Shown piece by piece: positions 10,297 to 19,463 of a stretch of DNA of 52,330 nt. The notes beneath the pieces were generated by a model. That model saw only the letters and a list, made by a program, of their open reading frames with translations. It ran no database searches and was not told where the DNA came from. Position numbers and translations under genes: made by a program. The stretch comes from Oscillospiraceae bacterium. Lineage in GTDB: Bacteria > Bacillota > Clostridia > Oscillospirales > CAG-382. The DNA lies in assembly GCA_015065225.1 (NCBI GenBank), contig SVQR01000003.1:1-52330 (forward strand), in the 5' to 3' direction. How positions within the stretch are numbered: the stretch's first letter is position 1; each line of letters starts with the position of its first letter.

Positions 10297-11172
10297 TTAT
10301 ACTTCGATATGCTGCTTTGTATTTCTGAATTCCGACGGAGACATACCGTAAGCTGTTTTGAAAACCTTTGAAAAATACAATGCATCGGTATAACCGACAC
10401 TTTGTGCTGTTTCGCCTATGCTTTTTGAGGTGGTGCGGAGCAGGCTTTGTGCCGTTTCGAGTCGTGTTTTTGTGATATATCCGATGATTGTCATGCCCGT
10501 GACTTGTTTGAATATGCGGATAAGATATTTCGGTGAAAGTCCCGCAACCGCTGCAAGCCATGAAACTGTAAGCTCCTGTGAATAATGTGACCGTATGTAA
10601 GAGCATACGGAAGCGATATATCTGTCGGTTGTTGTAATATTGTCCGTTGTACTTGTGTCGACTATGCTGAGAAGCTGGTACAGTATGCCGACAAGATATG
10701 CGTGTCTGCGGCGAATGCATACTTCCGCATCATCGGGACATTTTGGAAAAATACTGTCAAAAAGCGAAATCATGATCCTCTTTCCGCTTTCGTTCTTTGC
10801 ATAATCAAAGGTGTGTGATTGTATCGGTATCCCAAAGCTTTGAAGAAGCTCCGGTACTTCACTTCCATCAAAGTTTATCCAGTACTGTTCAAAGTTGTCG
10901 CTCTCAACACTCATGCCCTGCGATTCACCGGGGACTACAAGAAAGGCTGTACCTTCGCTTATTTCCGAGCCTCTGAAGAGACCTTTGCCGCTTACAACAA
11001 AATGAAGCTGATAATAAAGACTTATCTCGTCAGCTCGTTTACCCGTCACAGGTTTGCTGTGTCCCATTTCCGTGACGGCAAGTTTTGATAGGGAGACGTT
11101 TTGCGAACGGTTGATAATAAATTCCATATTTTCTGTCTTTGTTTCTATTCTTGCATATTGCAAATCAAACAT
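10297..11172 (-). CDS. AraC-family transcriptional regulator
   Basis: N-terminal cupin-like region; C-terminal LSPKYLIRIFK...VGYTDALYFSKVFKTAYGMSPSEFR. Confidence 0.93.
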   Translation of the reverse strand: MFDLQYARIETKTENMEFIINRSQNVSLSKLAVTEMGHSKPVTGKRADEISLYYQLHFVVSGKGLFRGSEISEGTAFLVVPGESQGMSVESDNFEQYWINFDGSEVPELLQSFGIPIQSHTFDYAKNESGKRIMISLFDSIFPKCPDDAEVCIRRRHAYLVGILYQLLSIVDTSTTDNITTTDRYIASVCSYIRSHYSQELTVSWLAAVAGLSPKYLIRIFKQVTGMTIIGYITKTRLETAQSLLRTTSKSIGETAQSVGYTDALYFSKVFKTAYGMSPSEFRNTKQHIEV

Positions 11173-11197
11173 GGTGTATCACCTCTTTTTTAATATG

Positions 11198-11226
11198 ATT
11201 ATAACACTCTCTTTCGGGTGTGTCAA
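11198..11226 (-). promoter_or_regulatory. Sigma-A promoter with extended -10 for the AraC gene
   Basis: Minus strand TTGACA-17 bp-TATAAT with TG extension. Confidence 0.8.
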
Positions 11227-11270
11227 CAGAAAAAGGTGAATATTTTCCATATATCGGATACTGTGATACA

Positions 11271-11299
11271 TTTACAAAATATGTAATGTGGCATATACT
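11271..11299 (+). promoter_or_regulatory. Probable sigma-A promoter for the 11330 gene
   Basis: TTTACA-17 bp-TATACT. Confidence 0.6.
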
Positions 11300-11329
11300 T
11301 TAGACAACAAGGTGGAAAGGAGCAAAAAC

Positions 11330-12859
11330 ATGAAGATAACGAATATGAAAAGAACAGACATAAACCTCGTTCCCGATACGGTAAATACATCTCCCGACTA
11401 TTTCTGCACATGGCAGGTACAGCTTTTTAAGTGCAACAACACGGGACCTCAGGGACAGAGAGACAACATGACGGAAGGCAATATCTTCGGTACGGGAAAT
11501 GAAGCCGAAGACAGAAAGAACGGCATCGGCTGGGCGGCACATCTTCACAAGGATGCAAGACGTGACCTTATATATCTGCTTGATGACAGCTGGGATATCC
11601 CGATAGGTGCGCTCAAGGATAAGGACCCGTGGTATGCAAGCCAGATACTTGCAAAGGATAAGTTCCCGAGCTTTTACGAGGATGGTGATCCTTTTGACGG
11701 TGAGAGAAACACACGCTCCATGAGAAATCTTTCCGAAAAGATAAAATCCCTCGGCTGGAAGGGACTTGGAGGCTGGATATGCGTTGAAAAGTCACCTCTT
11801 GCAAAAGAAAAGGATGACGAATCCTACTGGGCGGAAAGACTCAAATGGTCGCAGAATGCAGGATGGAAATACTGGAAGCTCGACTGGGGACGTGACTGCA
11901 ACACATATAGAGTACGTCGCCTTATAACAGATCTGAGATTCAAGTACGCTCCCGATCTTATTGCAGAGCAGGCGATAGTTCCGGAAATGATCCCCTATGC
12001 AGACTCCTACCGTACATATGACGTATTCACGCTTCTTGCTATACCGATAACCATGGAAAAGCTCGGCTTTGACTTCAAGTTTGATGCAGCACCCGGATAT
12101 CTTGGATATATCAACTGTATGGATGAGGTATATACCGCCGCAGCTCTCGGATGTGCCATAGACGTTACACGTCACAACATGATTGGAAATCTTCCCAACG
12201 GTGATCCCGATCCCTCATTCCCCGCACTTCACAGACAGCTCAAGACGAAAATGGATGAGGTCACAAGGACTGTAAGATGGCACAGGATAGCGCCCGCGTT
12301 CTCCGTCAACGGCAGTGATACCTTTATCGACGAGAACAAGCTGACCGACTTCTGGGATGTTATCGAGCAGAAGAAGGAGATAGAGGCATGGTGGAAGTAT
12401 AAAGACGGTGACCACATAGAAAGAAGCGGTCCTGCAAGAATAAGCAGAGGGCTTGAGCCTGCTGTGGCAGAGCCGGATGATGAAGGCTTTGTACCGTTCC
12501 TTATTTCCGCACTGCATCCTTGTGGTGTAGCATCCGTAGGTACACTTGCAAGAACACAGGGCAGAAGATATTTCAATCCTCTCTGCAAGGTTACACAGAA
12601 TGTAAAAAATGCAGACATGATAGGTGTGTTCGGATATTATGCATCGCTCACGCTTGAAAGTACCGCAATAAAAGAAAGCTCCCGTATACTCATGCAGGAT
12701 CTCATAGACGATGCGGCATATGACGTTACGGAGCTCTGCGAAGTACAAAACGGAAAGCTCATCATTCCCGGAGAGCTTATCACGAAGATAGGTACAAGCT
12801 GCAACCATGAGGGCGACACCTCCGAGCCGGGACTTATAGTGAAGATAGAAAATAATTGA
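11330..12859 (+). CDS. Uncharacterised TIM-barrel protein with clan GH-D (GH27/GH36)-like motifs
   Basis: YFCTW, LLDDSWD, YWKLDWG, YRTYD resemble the DDGW / KxD / RxxxD catalytic pattern; ATG 11330 follows AAGGAG. Confidence 0.55.
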   Translation: MKITNMKRTDINLVPDTVNTSPDYFCTWQVQLFKCNNTGPQGQRDNMTEGNIFGTGNEAEDRKNGIGWAAHLHKDARRDLIYLLDDSWDIPIGALKDKDPWYASQILAKDKFPSFYEDGDPFDGERNTRSMRNLSEKIKSLGWKGLGGWICVEKSPLAKEKDDESYWAERLKWSQNAGWKYWKLDWGRDCNTYRVRRLITDLRFKYAPDLIAEQAIVPEMIPYADSYRTYDVFTLLAIPITMEKLGFDFKFDAAPGYLGYINCMDEVYTAAALGCAIDVTRHNMIGNLPNGDPDPSFPALHRQLKTKMDEVTRTVRWHRIAPAFSVNGSDTFIDENKLTDFWDVIEQKKEIEAWWKYKDGDHIERSGPARISRGLEPAVAEPDDEGFVPFLISALHPCGVASVGTLARTQGRRYFNPLCKVTQNVKNADMIGVFGYYASLTLESTAIKESSRILMQDLIDDAAYDVTELCEVQNGKLIIPGELITKIGTSCNHEGDTSEPGLIVKIENN

Positions 12860-12927
12860 AAAGGGATATTTAGTTTCGTAAGGGAGGGGCTTTGCTCCTC
12901 CCATTGTTTTATGCTTTGGCTGTAACG

Positions 12928-12951
12928 AAAAAGGCGGAGTATAACTCCGCC
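12928..12951 (-). terminator. Intrinsic terminator of the Gfo/isomerase pair
   Basis: GGCGGAGT/ACTCCGCC stem with an A-run on the plus strand (U-tail on minus). Confidence 0.7.
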
Positions 12952-12970
12952 CATAACTGTGTTATAGATA

Positions 12971-13756
12971 TTATTTAAGCCCCATTTTACGAAGGCTGTC
13001 ATAGCTCGTCTTTATCGCCTCGAAAACATCACCGTCGCACATATCCTGCTCAACGACAAAAAGATTGATGCCGATATCGTTTGCGGTCTTCATAATACCA
13101 TCCCAGTTAAGGTTGCCTTCACCTACGGAAGCAAAATAATAGGGAACGTTCTCTATCTTTCCTTCAAGCTGCTTTATGGCATAGTCCTTAACGTGCATTG
13201 TGAAAGCTCTGTCCTTGAACATACGAAGTGAAACGGACGGCTCTGTTCCTGCATTTGTCAGCCAGAAAACATCCGGATAGAAGTAAACAAGTTCGGGGTC
13301 TGTTTCATTGAGAAGTATGTCGATTCCTCTCTCCTTGCCGAATGTGATCCATTCAAAAGCATGGAAGTGATACATATACTTGAGTCCCGCATCCTTACAA
13401 GCTTTGCCGCTCTCATTCATGAGCTTTGCGAATTCTCTGTAGCCGTCTGCACCCTTTATACGCATCTCGTCGGGAATGGAGTTGGTACGAAGTACATCAC
13501 AGCCGTAAGCCTCTGCCTCTTTTGCCGCATCCGCAATTTCCGGAATTACCTTATCCCAGGGTTTAAATACGGAATCCGCTTTGAGTCCGAGGGAATTAAG
13601 AAATGCCACATTCTCGGAAAGCTCCATAAAAGCCGGTCTTGTCATCTGAAGAACTTTGTATCCTATCTCTGCAACCTTTGTTACCGTTGCCTTGTAATCT
13701 TCGAGAGTCTTTACATGATCTCTCATTGTGTACATCTGTAAGCCTATTCTGCTCAT
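12971..13756 (-). CDS. Sugar phosphate isomerase/epimerase (AP endonuclease 2 / IolE-like TIM barrel)
   Basis: IGLQMYTMRD, YHFHAFE, PDVFW, HVKD, VGEGNLNW, VVEQD. Confidence 0.88.
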   Translation of the reverse strand: MSRIGLQMYTMRDHVKTLEDYKATVTKVAEIGYKVLQMTRPAFMELSENVAFLNSLGLKADSVFKPWDKVIPEIADAAKEAEAYGCDVLRTNSIPDEMRIKGADGYREFAKLMNESGKACKDAGLKYMYHFHAFEWITFGKERGIDILLNETDPELVYFYPDVFWLTNAGTEPSVSLRMFKDRAFTMHVKDYAIKQLEGKIENVPYYFASVGEGNLNWDGIMKTANDIGINLFVVEQDMCDGDVFEAIKTSYDSLRKMGLK

Positions 13757-13786
13757 AGTCGATCTCCTTTTTGAAAATGTCTCGTT

Positions 13787-14920
13787 TTATATATCCAATA
13801 CCATTTCCGGATATTCAACAATACCCGATTCAAACGCTGCAGCTCTTTCGCAGGTGGTCTCCATCTTGTGGTAATTGTTCTCACCCTCAAGATTCATAAT
13901 ATTAACGCCCGCTTCAAGAACGTGTATCGCTCTGTCATATGAGCATCTCGGTTCTCTGCCGTTTCGCAGAGCATAGCACATATCCGCAACGCCGAGACCT
14001 CTTGAATTGTCCTTGTAGGCAAAGCTCTGAGGGATCTCACTTGTCTGTCCCGTTGCTGTCTTTAGAATTATAGGTGCTGTAAAGTCATTGGGGTCATTGA
14101 GGGTAAGCACACCCTTTGTGCCGTAAATGACAAAGCTGTTTGTCGCACCTACCGACTCTGAAGATGTGATGATAACACCCATAGCTCCAGACTTGAACTT
14201 CATCGCTCCGCAGACATTGTTGGGAGTTTCTATCTTCATGACAGTACCGTAACCGGGATTTTTTGCGTTCATAAAGATACGGCTGTTTGCATCTCTTGTA
14301 TCACTGTAGCCGCAGACGGAATCTATAGGACCGAGGATGTTTATGAGAGCCTGAAGATAATAACATCCCATATCGTACATTATACCTCCGCCGGGAAGGA
14401 ATGCAAATCTTCTCTCGGGAGTATCCTTGAATCTTTCGTGGTGATAGCCTCTGACAACTATCGCATTTGCCATAACCGGAGTGCCGATAAGTCCCGCATC
14501 AATGACCTGACGTGCCGTCTGAAGTCCCGCACCCAGGAATGTGTCGGGAGCACCGCAGAATATAACTCCCTTTTCTTTGGCAATACGTCCGAGCTCCTTT
14601 GCTTCGTCAACCGTTATGCACATCATCTTTTCGGAATATACATTCTTTCCCGCTTCAAGTGCCGCCTTTGATACTTCAAAGTGGGATGTGTGATATGTGA
14701 GATTTACAACTACCTCAATTTCAGGATCTGCGAATATCTCCTCGTTCGTCATCTGCTTTATGCCGAATTCCTCGGCTTTTGCCTTTGAACGCTCAGGAAT
14801 GATGTCGGAACAGCCCACGAGCTCTGTTACATTGAACATATTCTTAAGATTTGTAAGATAAATGCCGCTTATCATGCCGCAGCCGATGACCGCAACCTTT
14901 ACGGGCTTGAATTGCTTCAT
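13787..14920 (-). CDS. Gfo/Idh/MocA-family NAD(P) oxidoreductase
   Basis: IGCGMIS, YSEKM, APDTFLGAG, GGGIMYDMGCYY. Confidence 0.92.
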   Translation of the reverse strand: MKQFKPVKVAVIGCGMISGIYLTNLKNMFNVTELVGCSDIIPERSKAKAEEFGIKQMTNEEIFADPEIEVVVNLTYHTSHFEVSKAALEAGKNVYSEKMMCITVDEAKELGRIAKEKGVIFCGAPDTFLGAGLQTARQVIDAGLIGTPVMANAIVVRGYHHERFKDTPERRFAFLPGGGIMYDMGCYYLQALINILGPIDSVCGYSDTRDANSRIFMNAKNPGYGTVMKIETPNNVCGAMKFKSGAMGVIITSSESVGATNSFVIYGTKGVLTLNDPNDFTAPIILKTATGQTSEIPQSFAYKDNSRGLGVADMCYALRNGREPRCSYDRAIHVLEAGVNIMNLEGENNYHKMETTCERAAAFESGIVEYPEMVLDI

Positions 14921-14961
14921 TTTGTATTCCTCCTTTGTTTTAAGGATAACTCTATGGTTAC

Positions 14962-14990
14962 ATTATATATTCCGTGCGGAGAAATTTCAA
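14962..14990 (-). promoter_or_regulatory. Sigma-A promoter for the Gfo/isomerase pair
   Basis: Minus strand TTGAAA-17 bp-TATAAT. Confidence 0.7.
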
Positions 14991-15045
14991 TGCAGAAATC
15001 GTGCATATGATAGGACAAATCGCTCAAACTTTGTACCGTTTTGTG

Positions 15046-15074
15046 TTGACAAATGCTTGCTTGTATGATAGAAT
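15046..15074 (+). promoter_or_regulatory. Sigma-A promoter for the AraC and AEC transporter genes
   Basis: TTGACA-17 bp-TAGAAT with TG extension. Confidence 0.75.
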
Positions 15075-15109
15075 TACTTTGCGAAATATGTGTAAATGGG
15101 GGAGTTCTG

Positions 15110-15937
15110 TTGAAGCAAATATCTCTTGAGGATGCCTATTCCTACGATTACAGCATATTCTCCGTCCTCGCCTTTCCCCAAAGATGGCAGGAGGGAGCTG
15201 TCTACCGAATGCCGGAAAAAGGACGTCCCGATAACGGTTTTATGCTTATCACCGACTGCGAGTGCGTTATGACGTACAAAGGCAAAGAGATAAGATCATA
15301 TCCGGGACAGCTTTTGTATCTTCCTATGGGGGCGAGATACGATGCATATTTTACAAAAAGTCGCAACTCTGTCGGTGAGTCGGCTCATATAACAAATTAT
15401 CTTTTGAATTTTACACTGAAAACAAGTGACGGCGAGCCGCTGACCTTTTCGGAGAATATCCGTGTGTTTACACCCTCTGACGGACAGAAACTCAGTATAA
15501 TGCTTGACAACATATGCAAAGACAGCCTTAATGCCGCATTTTCACCGTCGCTTCTGAAAGCGCAGGCTTACGGAATAATTACCGAGATATCAAAGCAGAT
15601 ACTCGAAAAGAGCAATTCCGACGGTAATTCTTCGGTGTTGTCAAGAGCGATGGACTATATAGGCGAACACTGCCTTTCCGAAAATGTGGAGATATCACAT
15701 CTTGCGGATATATTTCATGTAAGCGAAGCAACTCTGAGACGCATATTTGTATCCGGACTCGGTATATCTCCGAAAGATTATATCAATTCCCTGAGACTCG
15801 AACGTGCAAAGCTGCTTCTCAGGAACGGAGGAATTGAGGTCTGCGAAGTGGCACGCCTATGCGGCTTTGATGATCCGTCATATTTTTCAAGATTCTTTAA
15901 AAAGCATACCGGCAAAACTCCCGGTAAATTTATATAA
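15110..15937 (+). CDS. AraC-family transcriptional regulator
   Basis: C-terminal VSEATLRRIF...CGFDDPSYFSRFFKKHTGKTP; TTG 15110 after GGGGGAG chosen because ATG 15053 lies inside the promoter. Confidence 0.9.
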   Translation: MKQISLEDAYSYDYSIFSVLAFPQRWQEGAVYRMPEKGRPDNGFMLITDCECVMTYKGKEIRSYPGQLLYLPMGARYDAYFTKSRNSVGESAHITNYLLNFTLKTSDGEPLTFSENIRVFTPSDGQKLSIMLDNICKDSLNAAFSPSLLKAQAYGIITEISKQILEKSNSDGNSSVLSRAMDYIGEHCLSENVEISHLADIFHVSEATLRRIFVSGLGISPKDYINSLRLERAKLLLRNGGIEVCEVARLCGFDDPSYFSRFFKKHTGKTPGKFI

Positions 15938-15955
15938 ACTCTAAGGAACGTTCAT

Positions 15956-16894
15956 ATGGAAAGTCTTATACTCTCATTCAATTCCGTCATGCCGATATTT
16001 CTTTTGATGCTGACGGGATACATCCTCAAAGCTGTGAATATAGCCGACAAAAAAGGCTTCGACACGGTAAACAGGCTGGTGTTCAAGGCATTTCTGCCGA
16101 CACTTCTGTTTTACAATATCTACAAGACAGAATCCGCCGATGTGGTAAATCCCGGGCTTATGATTTTTACTGTTGCGGGAACGCTTATTGTTTTTGCGGT
16201 CGGCTATGCTTCCGTTTTTATACTTACAAAAGACAATGCCAAAAGGGGAGTTATGCTGCAAGGCTTCTTCCGTTCAAATTATGCCATACTCGGACTTCCT
16301 CTTGTGGAATACATCTGCGAGGGCAAGACAAGCGGACTTTCCTCACTTATGGTGGCGGTAATAGTTCCGTTGTTCAATGTGCTTGCGGTAATCAGCCTTG
16401 AACGGTTTCGTGACGGTAAGCTCAATATACCTAAGATGCTCAAGGGTGTATTGACAAATACACTGATAATCGGATGTCTTCTCGGACTTGTTTTCTATCT
16501 TGCCGGAATAAAGCTTCCCGACGTTGTTGAAAAAGCAGTATCCGACGTTGCAAAGATAGCAAGTCCCCTTGCAATAATCGTACTTGGTGCGAGCTTTACT
16601 TTCTCAAGTCTTCGCGGCTGTGTAAAGGAGCTCTGTACCGTTGTTGCGGCAAGACTTGTCATAGTTCCCGCGATTGCGATATTCTTTGCGGTTCTTTTAG
16701 GTTTTACCGGTGAAGCACTTGCCTGCGTACTTATAGCCTTTGGTGCACCGGTTGCGGTATCATCTTTCTCCATGGCACAGCAGATGGGGGGAGACGAGGC
16801 TCTTGCGGCACAGGTTGTCGTCGTGTCATCGGCACTTTGCCTTTTGACGTTGTTCGGCTGGATATTCCTCCTGAACTCTATGGGGCTTTTTTAG
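15956..16894 (+). CDS. AEC (auxin efflux carrier) family membrane transporter
   Basis: About ten hydrophobic segments; LVFKAFLPTLLF, FRSNYAILGLPL, APVAVSSFSMAQQMGGD. Confidence 0.88.
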   Translation: MESLILSFNSVMPIFLLMLTGYILKAVNIADKKGFDTVNRLVFKAFLPTLLFYNIYKTESADVVNPGLMIFTVAGTLIVFAVGYASVFILTKDNAKRGVMLQGFFRSNYAILGLPLVEYICEGKTSGLSSLMVAVIVPLFNVLAVISLERFRDGKLNIPKMLKGVLTNTLIIGCLLGLVFYLAGIKLPDVVEKAVSDVAKIASPLAIIVLGASFTFSSLRGCVKELCTVVAARLVIVPAIAIFFAVLLGFTGEALACVLIAFGAPVAVSSFSMAQQMGGDEALAAQVVVVSSALCLLTLFGWIFLLNSMGLF

Positions 16895-16942
16895 TGAACT
16901 TGTAAATTATTTCAATAATACGTCCTTATTTTTCAAATACAG

Positions 16943-16970
16943 TTGACTTAAACAAAAAATATGTTATAAT
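16943..16970 (+). promoter_or_regulatory. Sigma-A promoter with extended -10
   Basis: TTGACT-16 bp-TATAAT with TG extension. Confidence 0.7.
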
Positions 16971-17002
16971 TAAGGTAAATTTAAAAGAAAGCGAGATATA
17001 TC

Positions 17003-17728
17003 ATGCTGTTCTTCTATATACGCCACGGGCATCCGATATATTCACCCGACAGCCTTACACCGCTCGGTGAACGTCAGGCGGAAGCTGTTGCAAAAAGGCT
17101 TGCGCTTTACGGCATAGATAAAGTTTATTCTTCAACGTCAAACAGAGCTAAACTTACCGCAAAGCCGACCTGCGAGCTTCTATGCAAAGAGCCGGAGCTT
17201 CTTGATTTTGCAAATGAGGGGCATGCATGGAAACAGCTCGGATGCTGGGCGGATGAGGAAAAGACAAAATGGACATGGCTCATAGATGTCCCGAAAATGA
17301 GACGCTTCCTGTGCGATCCCGAGGTTGTAAAGCTCGGACATAACTGGTACGATCATCCGAAATTTGCCGAATATGATTATAAAAAGGGCATAGACAGAGT
17401 GAGAACGGAAAGTGATAAGCTGTTCGCCTCCCTCGGCTATGAGCATATCCCGGGTACGGGGATGTACAAGGCGACAAATCCGAATAATGACAGAGTTGCA
17501 CTGTTTGCCCATGCGGGCTTCGGACTTACATTTCTGAGCTGCATCCTTGATATACCATACCCTCAGTTTGCCATACATTTTGATATATGCCATTCCGGAA
17601 TGACAGTCATAAATTTCGGTGACAACGGTGAAGGATATTCCATACCGAGAATCATGACATACTCCAATGACTCACATCTTTACCGTGAAGGCATCATGAC
17701 AGGCTACAATAACGGTATAAGATTCTGA
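17003..17728 (+). CDS. Histidine phosphatase (phosphoglycerate mutase-like) family protein
   Basis: IRHG catalytic motif, LTPLGERQA, SSTSNRAKLTA, FAHAG. Confidence 0.9.
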   Translation: MLFFYIRHGHPIYSPDSLTPLGERQAEAVAKRLALYGIDKVYSSTSNRAKLTAKPTCELLCKEPELLDFANEGHAWKQLGCWADEEKTKWTWLIDVPKMRRFLCDPEVVKLGHNWYDHPKFAEYDYKKGIDRVRTESDKLFASLGYEHIPGTGMYKATNPNNDRVALFAHAGFGLTFLSCILDIPYPQFAIHFDICHSGMTVINFGDNGEGYSIPRIMTYSNDSHLYREGIMTGYNNGIRF

Positions 17729-17764
17729 TAAACACCCAAACAATAATATACGAGGTATAAACAA

Positions 17765-19441
17765 ATGAAAAAATTCGATATGCACATACATACCTACGAG
17801 CAGCACCCTGATCCCGAAAAGTTTGTTGCAGAGCTTGAAAAGTCGGGATTCTACGGCGGATGTATATTTTCTTCCCCCTCGGATGTTCCGGAAATAAGTC
17901 ACGGCATAAGCTTTGAGGCTCGTCTTGACGAGCTTGACAGATGGACAAAGGGCTACGAGGGCAGACTTTTCCCTGTAATATGGATGCATCCCACAGAGGA
18001 AAATGCGATAGAAAAAGTAAAGATAGCCGTTGACAGAGGTGTTGCGGGCTTTAAGTTTATCCTTCATGACATTTATGCAGGTGACGAAAGATGCCTTGCA
18101 CTCTTCCGTGAGATTGCAAAATACGATAAGCCGATATTCTTCCATTCCGGAATACTCTGGTCATCCATACCGGATGAGGTCTCAAAGTACAACCGTCCCG
18201 TAAACTGGGAGGCTATGCTGAAAGTGCCGGGACTTCGTTTCTCTCTCGGACACTGCTCGTGGCCGTGGGTGGATGAGTGTATTGCTCTTTACGGGCGACT
18301 CAACGATGCAAAGAAGCTGTTCAAAGATGGCGAAAAGCCCTGCGAGATGTTCTTTGATCTGACACCGGGAACACCCGACAATTATCGTGAAGAGCTCTTT
18401 ACAAAGCTTGTCGAGGTTGATATGGACAACGTAAACAATATCATGTTCGGCTGTGACCAGTGGGCGGAAAGGTACAAATCCGCAAGACTCGACCACATAT
18501 ATGAGATGGACAGAAAGATACTTGACAAGCTCGGCGTAAGTGTCGAAGTAAGAAAAAGGATATATCACGACAACCTCATGCGCTTTCTCGGTATCAATAA
18601 AGAAGTTCCGGAAAGGATTCCCTTTGTCAACAAAAAAGGCGTTGCCGATATCTGCCGCAAATGGTACAAAAAGCTGGAATTTCCGATGGAGTACGACAAC
18701 GATTTCGAGCTTCTCCTGAAGGAGTACAACATTTCGGATGCGATCACAGCGGACAAGTACGACTACAGCGAAAAGGACGGCAAGCGAAACCTTCTCTCAA
18801 TGCTCTTTATGTGCGAGGAGCTTGAAGAAAAGTACAGGGAAAAGGGCATAGACGAAAAGATACTCATTGACACCGCTAAGGACATAGTCCTCTGGACAAA
18901 CTCCTGGACAAACGTCAAAGGCGAGCTGTGTCTTTATGAGCTTCCCTGGCTGTCCTTCCATATGCAGATGAAGCTGTTCAGAATAGGAAGCCTTGAATTT
19001 GTGGCATCAAACACCGAATACAGTTGTCCGGAGCTTGGACTTTCAAAGGGCGATCCGATAGTCGAGATACATATTCCGGAGGGAGCGGATATGCGTCCCG
19101 AAAAGGTGGAAGAGTCGATAAATGCGGCAAAGGAATTCTTTGCGAAGTATTATCCTGAACACAAATATGAGCACTTCACGTTCCACTCATGGATAATGGA
19201 CAAGGAGCTTGCAAAACTTCTTAAGCCGGAAAGCAATATCCTTAAATTCCAGAATTCCTTCACAAGAATAGAATCGGAGATCACAGAGGATTATGCGGCT
19301 CTTCGATATGTATTCGGATGGGACACCACAAGAATGAATCTCCGCAGTCGCTATGCTTCCTCGAGCTTTGCGGAAAACATGAAAAAGCACGTTCTCAGCG
19401 GTGGAAAGCTGCATCTCGGCGTTGGTGTGAGAAAAAAATAA
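17765..19441 (+). CDS. Amidohydrolase (Amidohydro_2-like) domain fused to an N-acyltransferase-like (NAT_N/GNAT_C) domain
   Basis: N-half DMHIH, FFHSG, LGHCSWP, MFGCD; C-half LFRIGSLEF, VEIHIPEG, FHSWIMD, ESNILKFQ. Confidence 0.7.
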   Translation: MKKFDMHIHTYEQHPDPEKFVAELEKSGFYGGCIFSSPSDVPEISHGISFEARLDELDRWTKGYEGRLFPVIWMHPTEENAIEKVKIAVDRGVAGFKFILHDIYAGDERCLALFREIAKYDKPIFFHSGILWSSIPDEVSKYNRPVNWEAMLKVPGLRFSLGHCSWPWVDECIALYGRLNDAKKLFKDGEKPCEMFFDLTPGTPDNYREELFTKLVEVDMDNVNNIMFGCDQWAERYKSARLDHIYEMDRKILDKLGVSVEVRKRIYHDNLMRFLGINKEVPERIPFVNKKGVADICRKWYKKLEFPMEYDNDFELLLKEYNISDAITADKYDYSEKDGKRNLLSMLFMCEELEEKYREKGIDEKILIDTAKDIVLWTNSWTNVKGELCLYELPWLSFHMQMKLFRIGSLEFVASNTEYSCPELGLSKGDPIVEIHIPEGADMRPEKVEESINAAKEFFAKYYPEHKYEHFTFHSWIMDKELAKLLKPESNILKFQNSFTRIESEITEDYAALRYVFGWDTTRMNLRSRYASSSFAENMKKHVLSGGKLHLGVGVRKK

Positions 19442-19463
19442 TTTGTTCCGAAAGGATGGAGAA

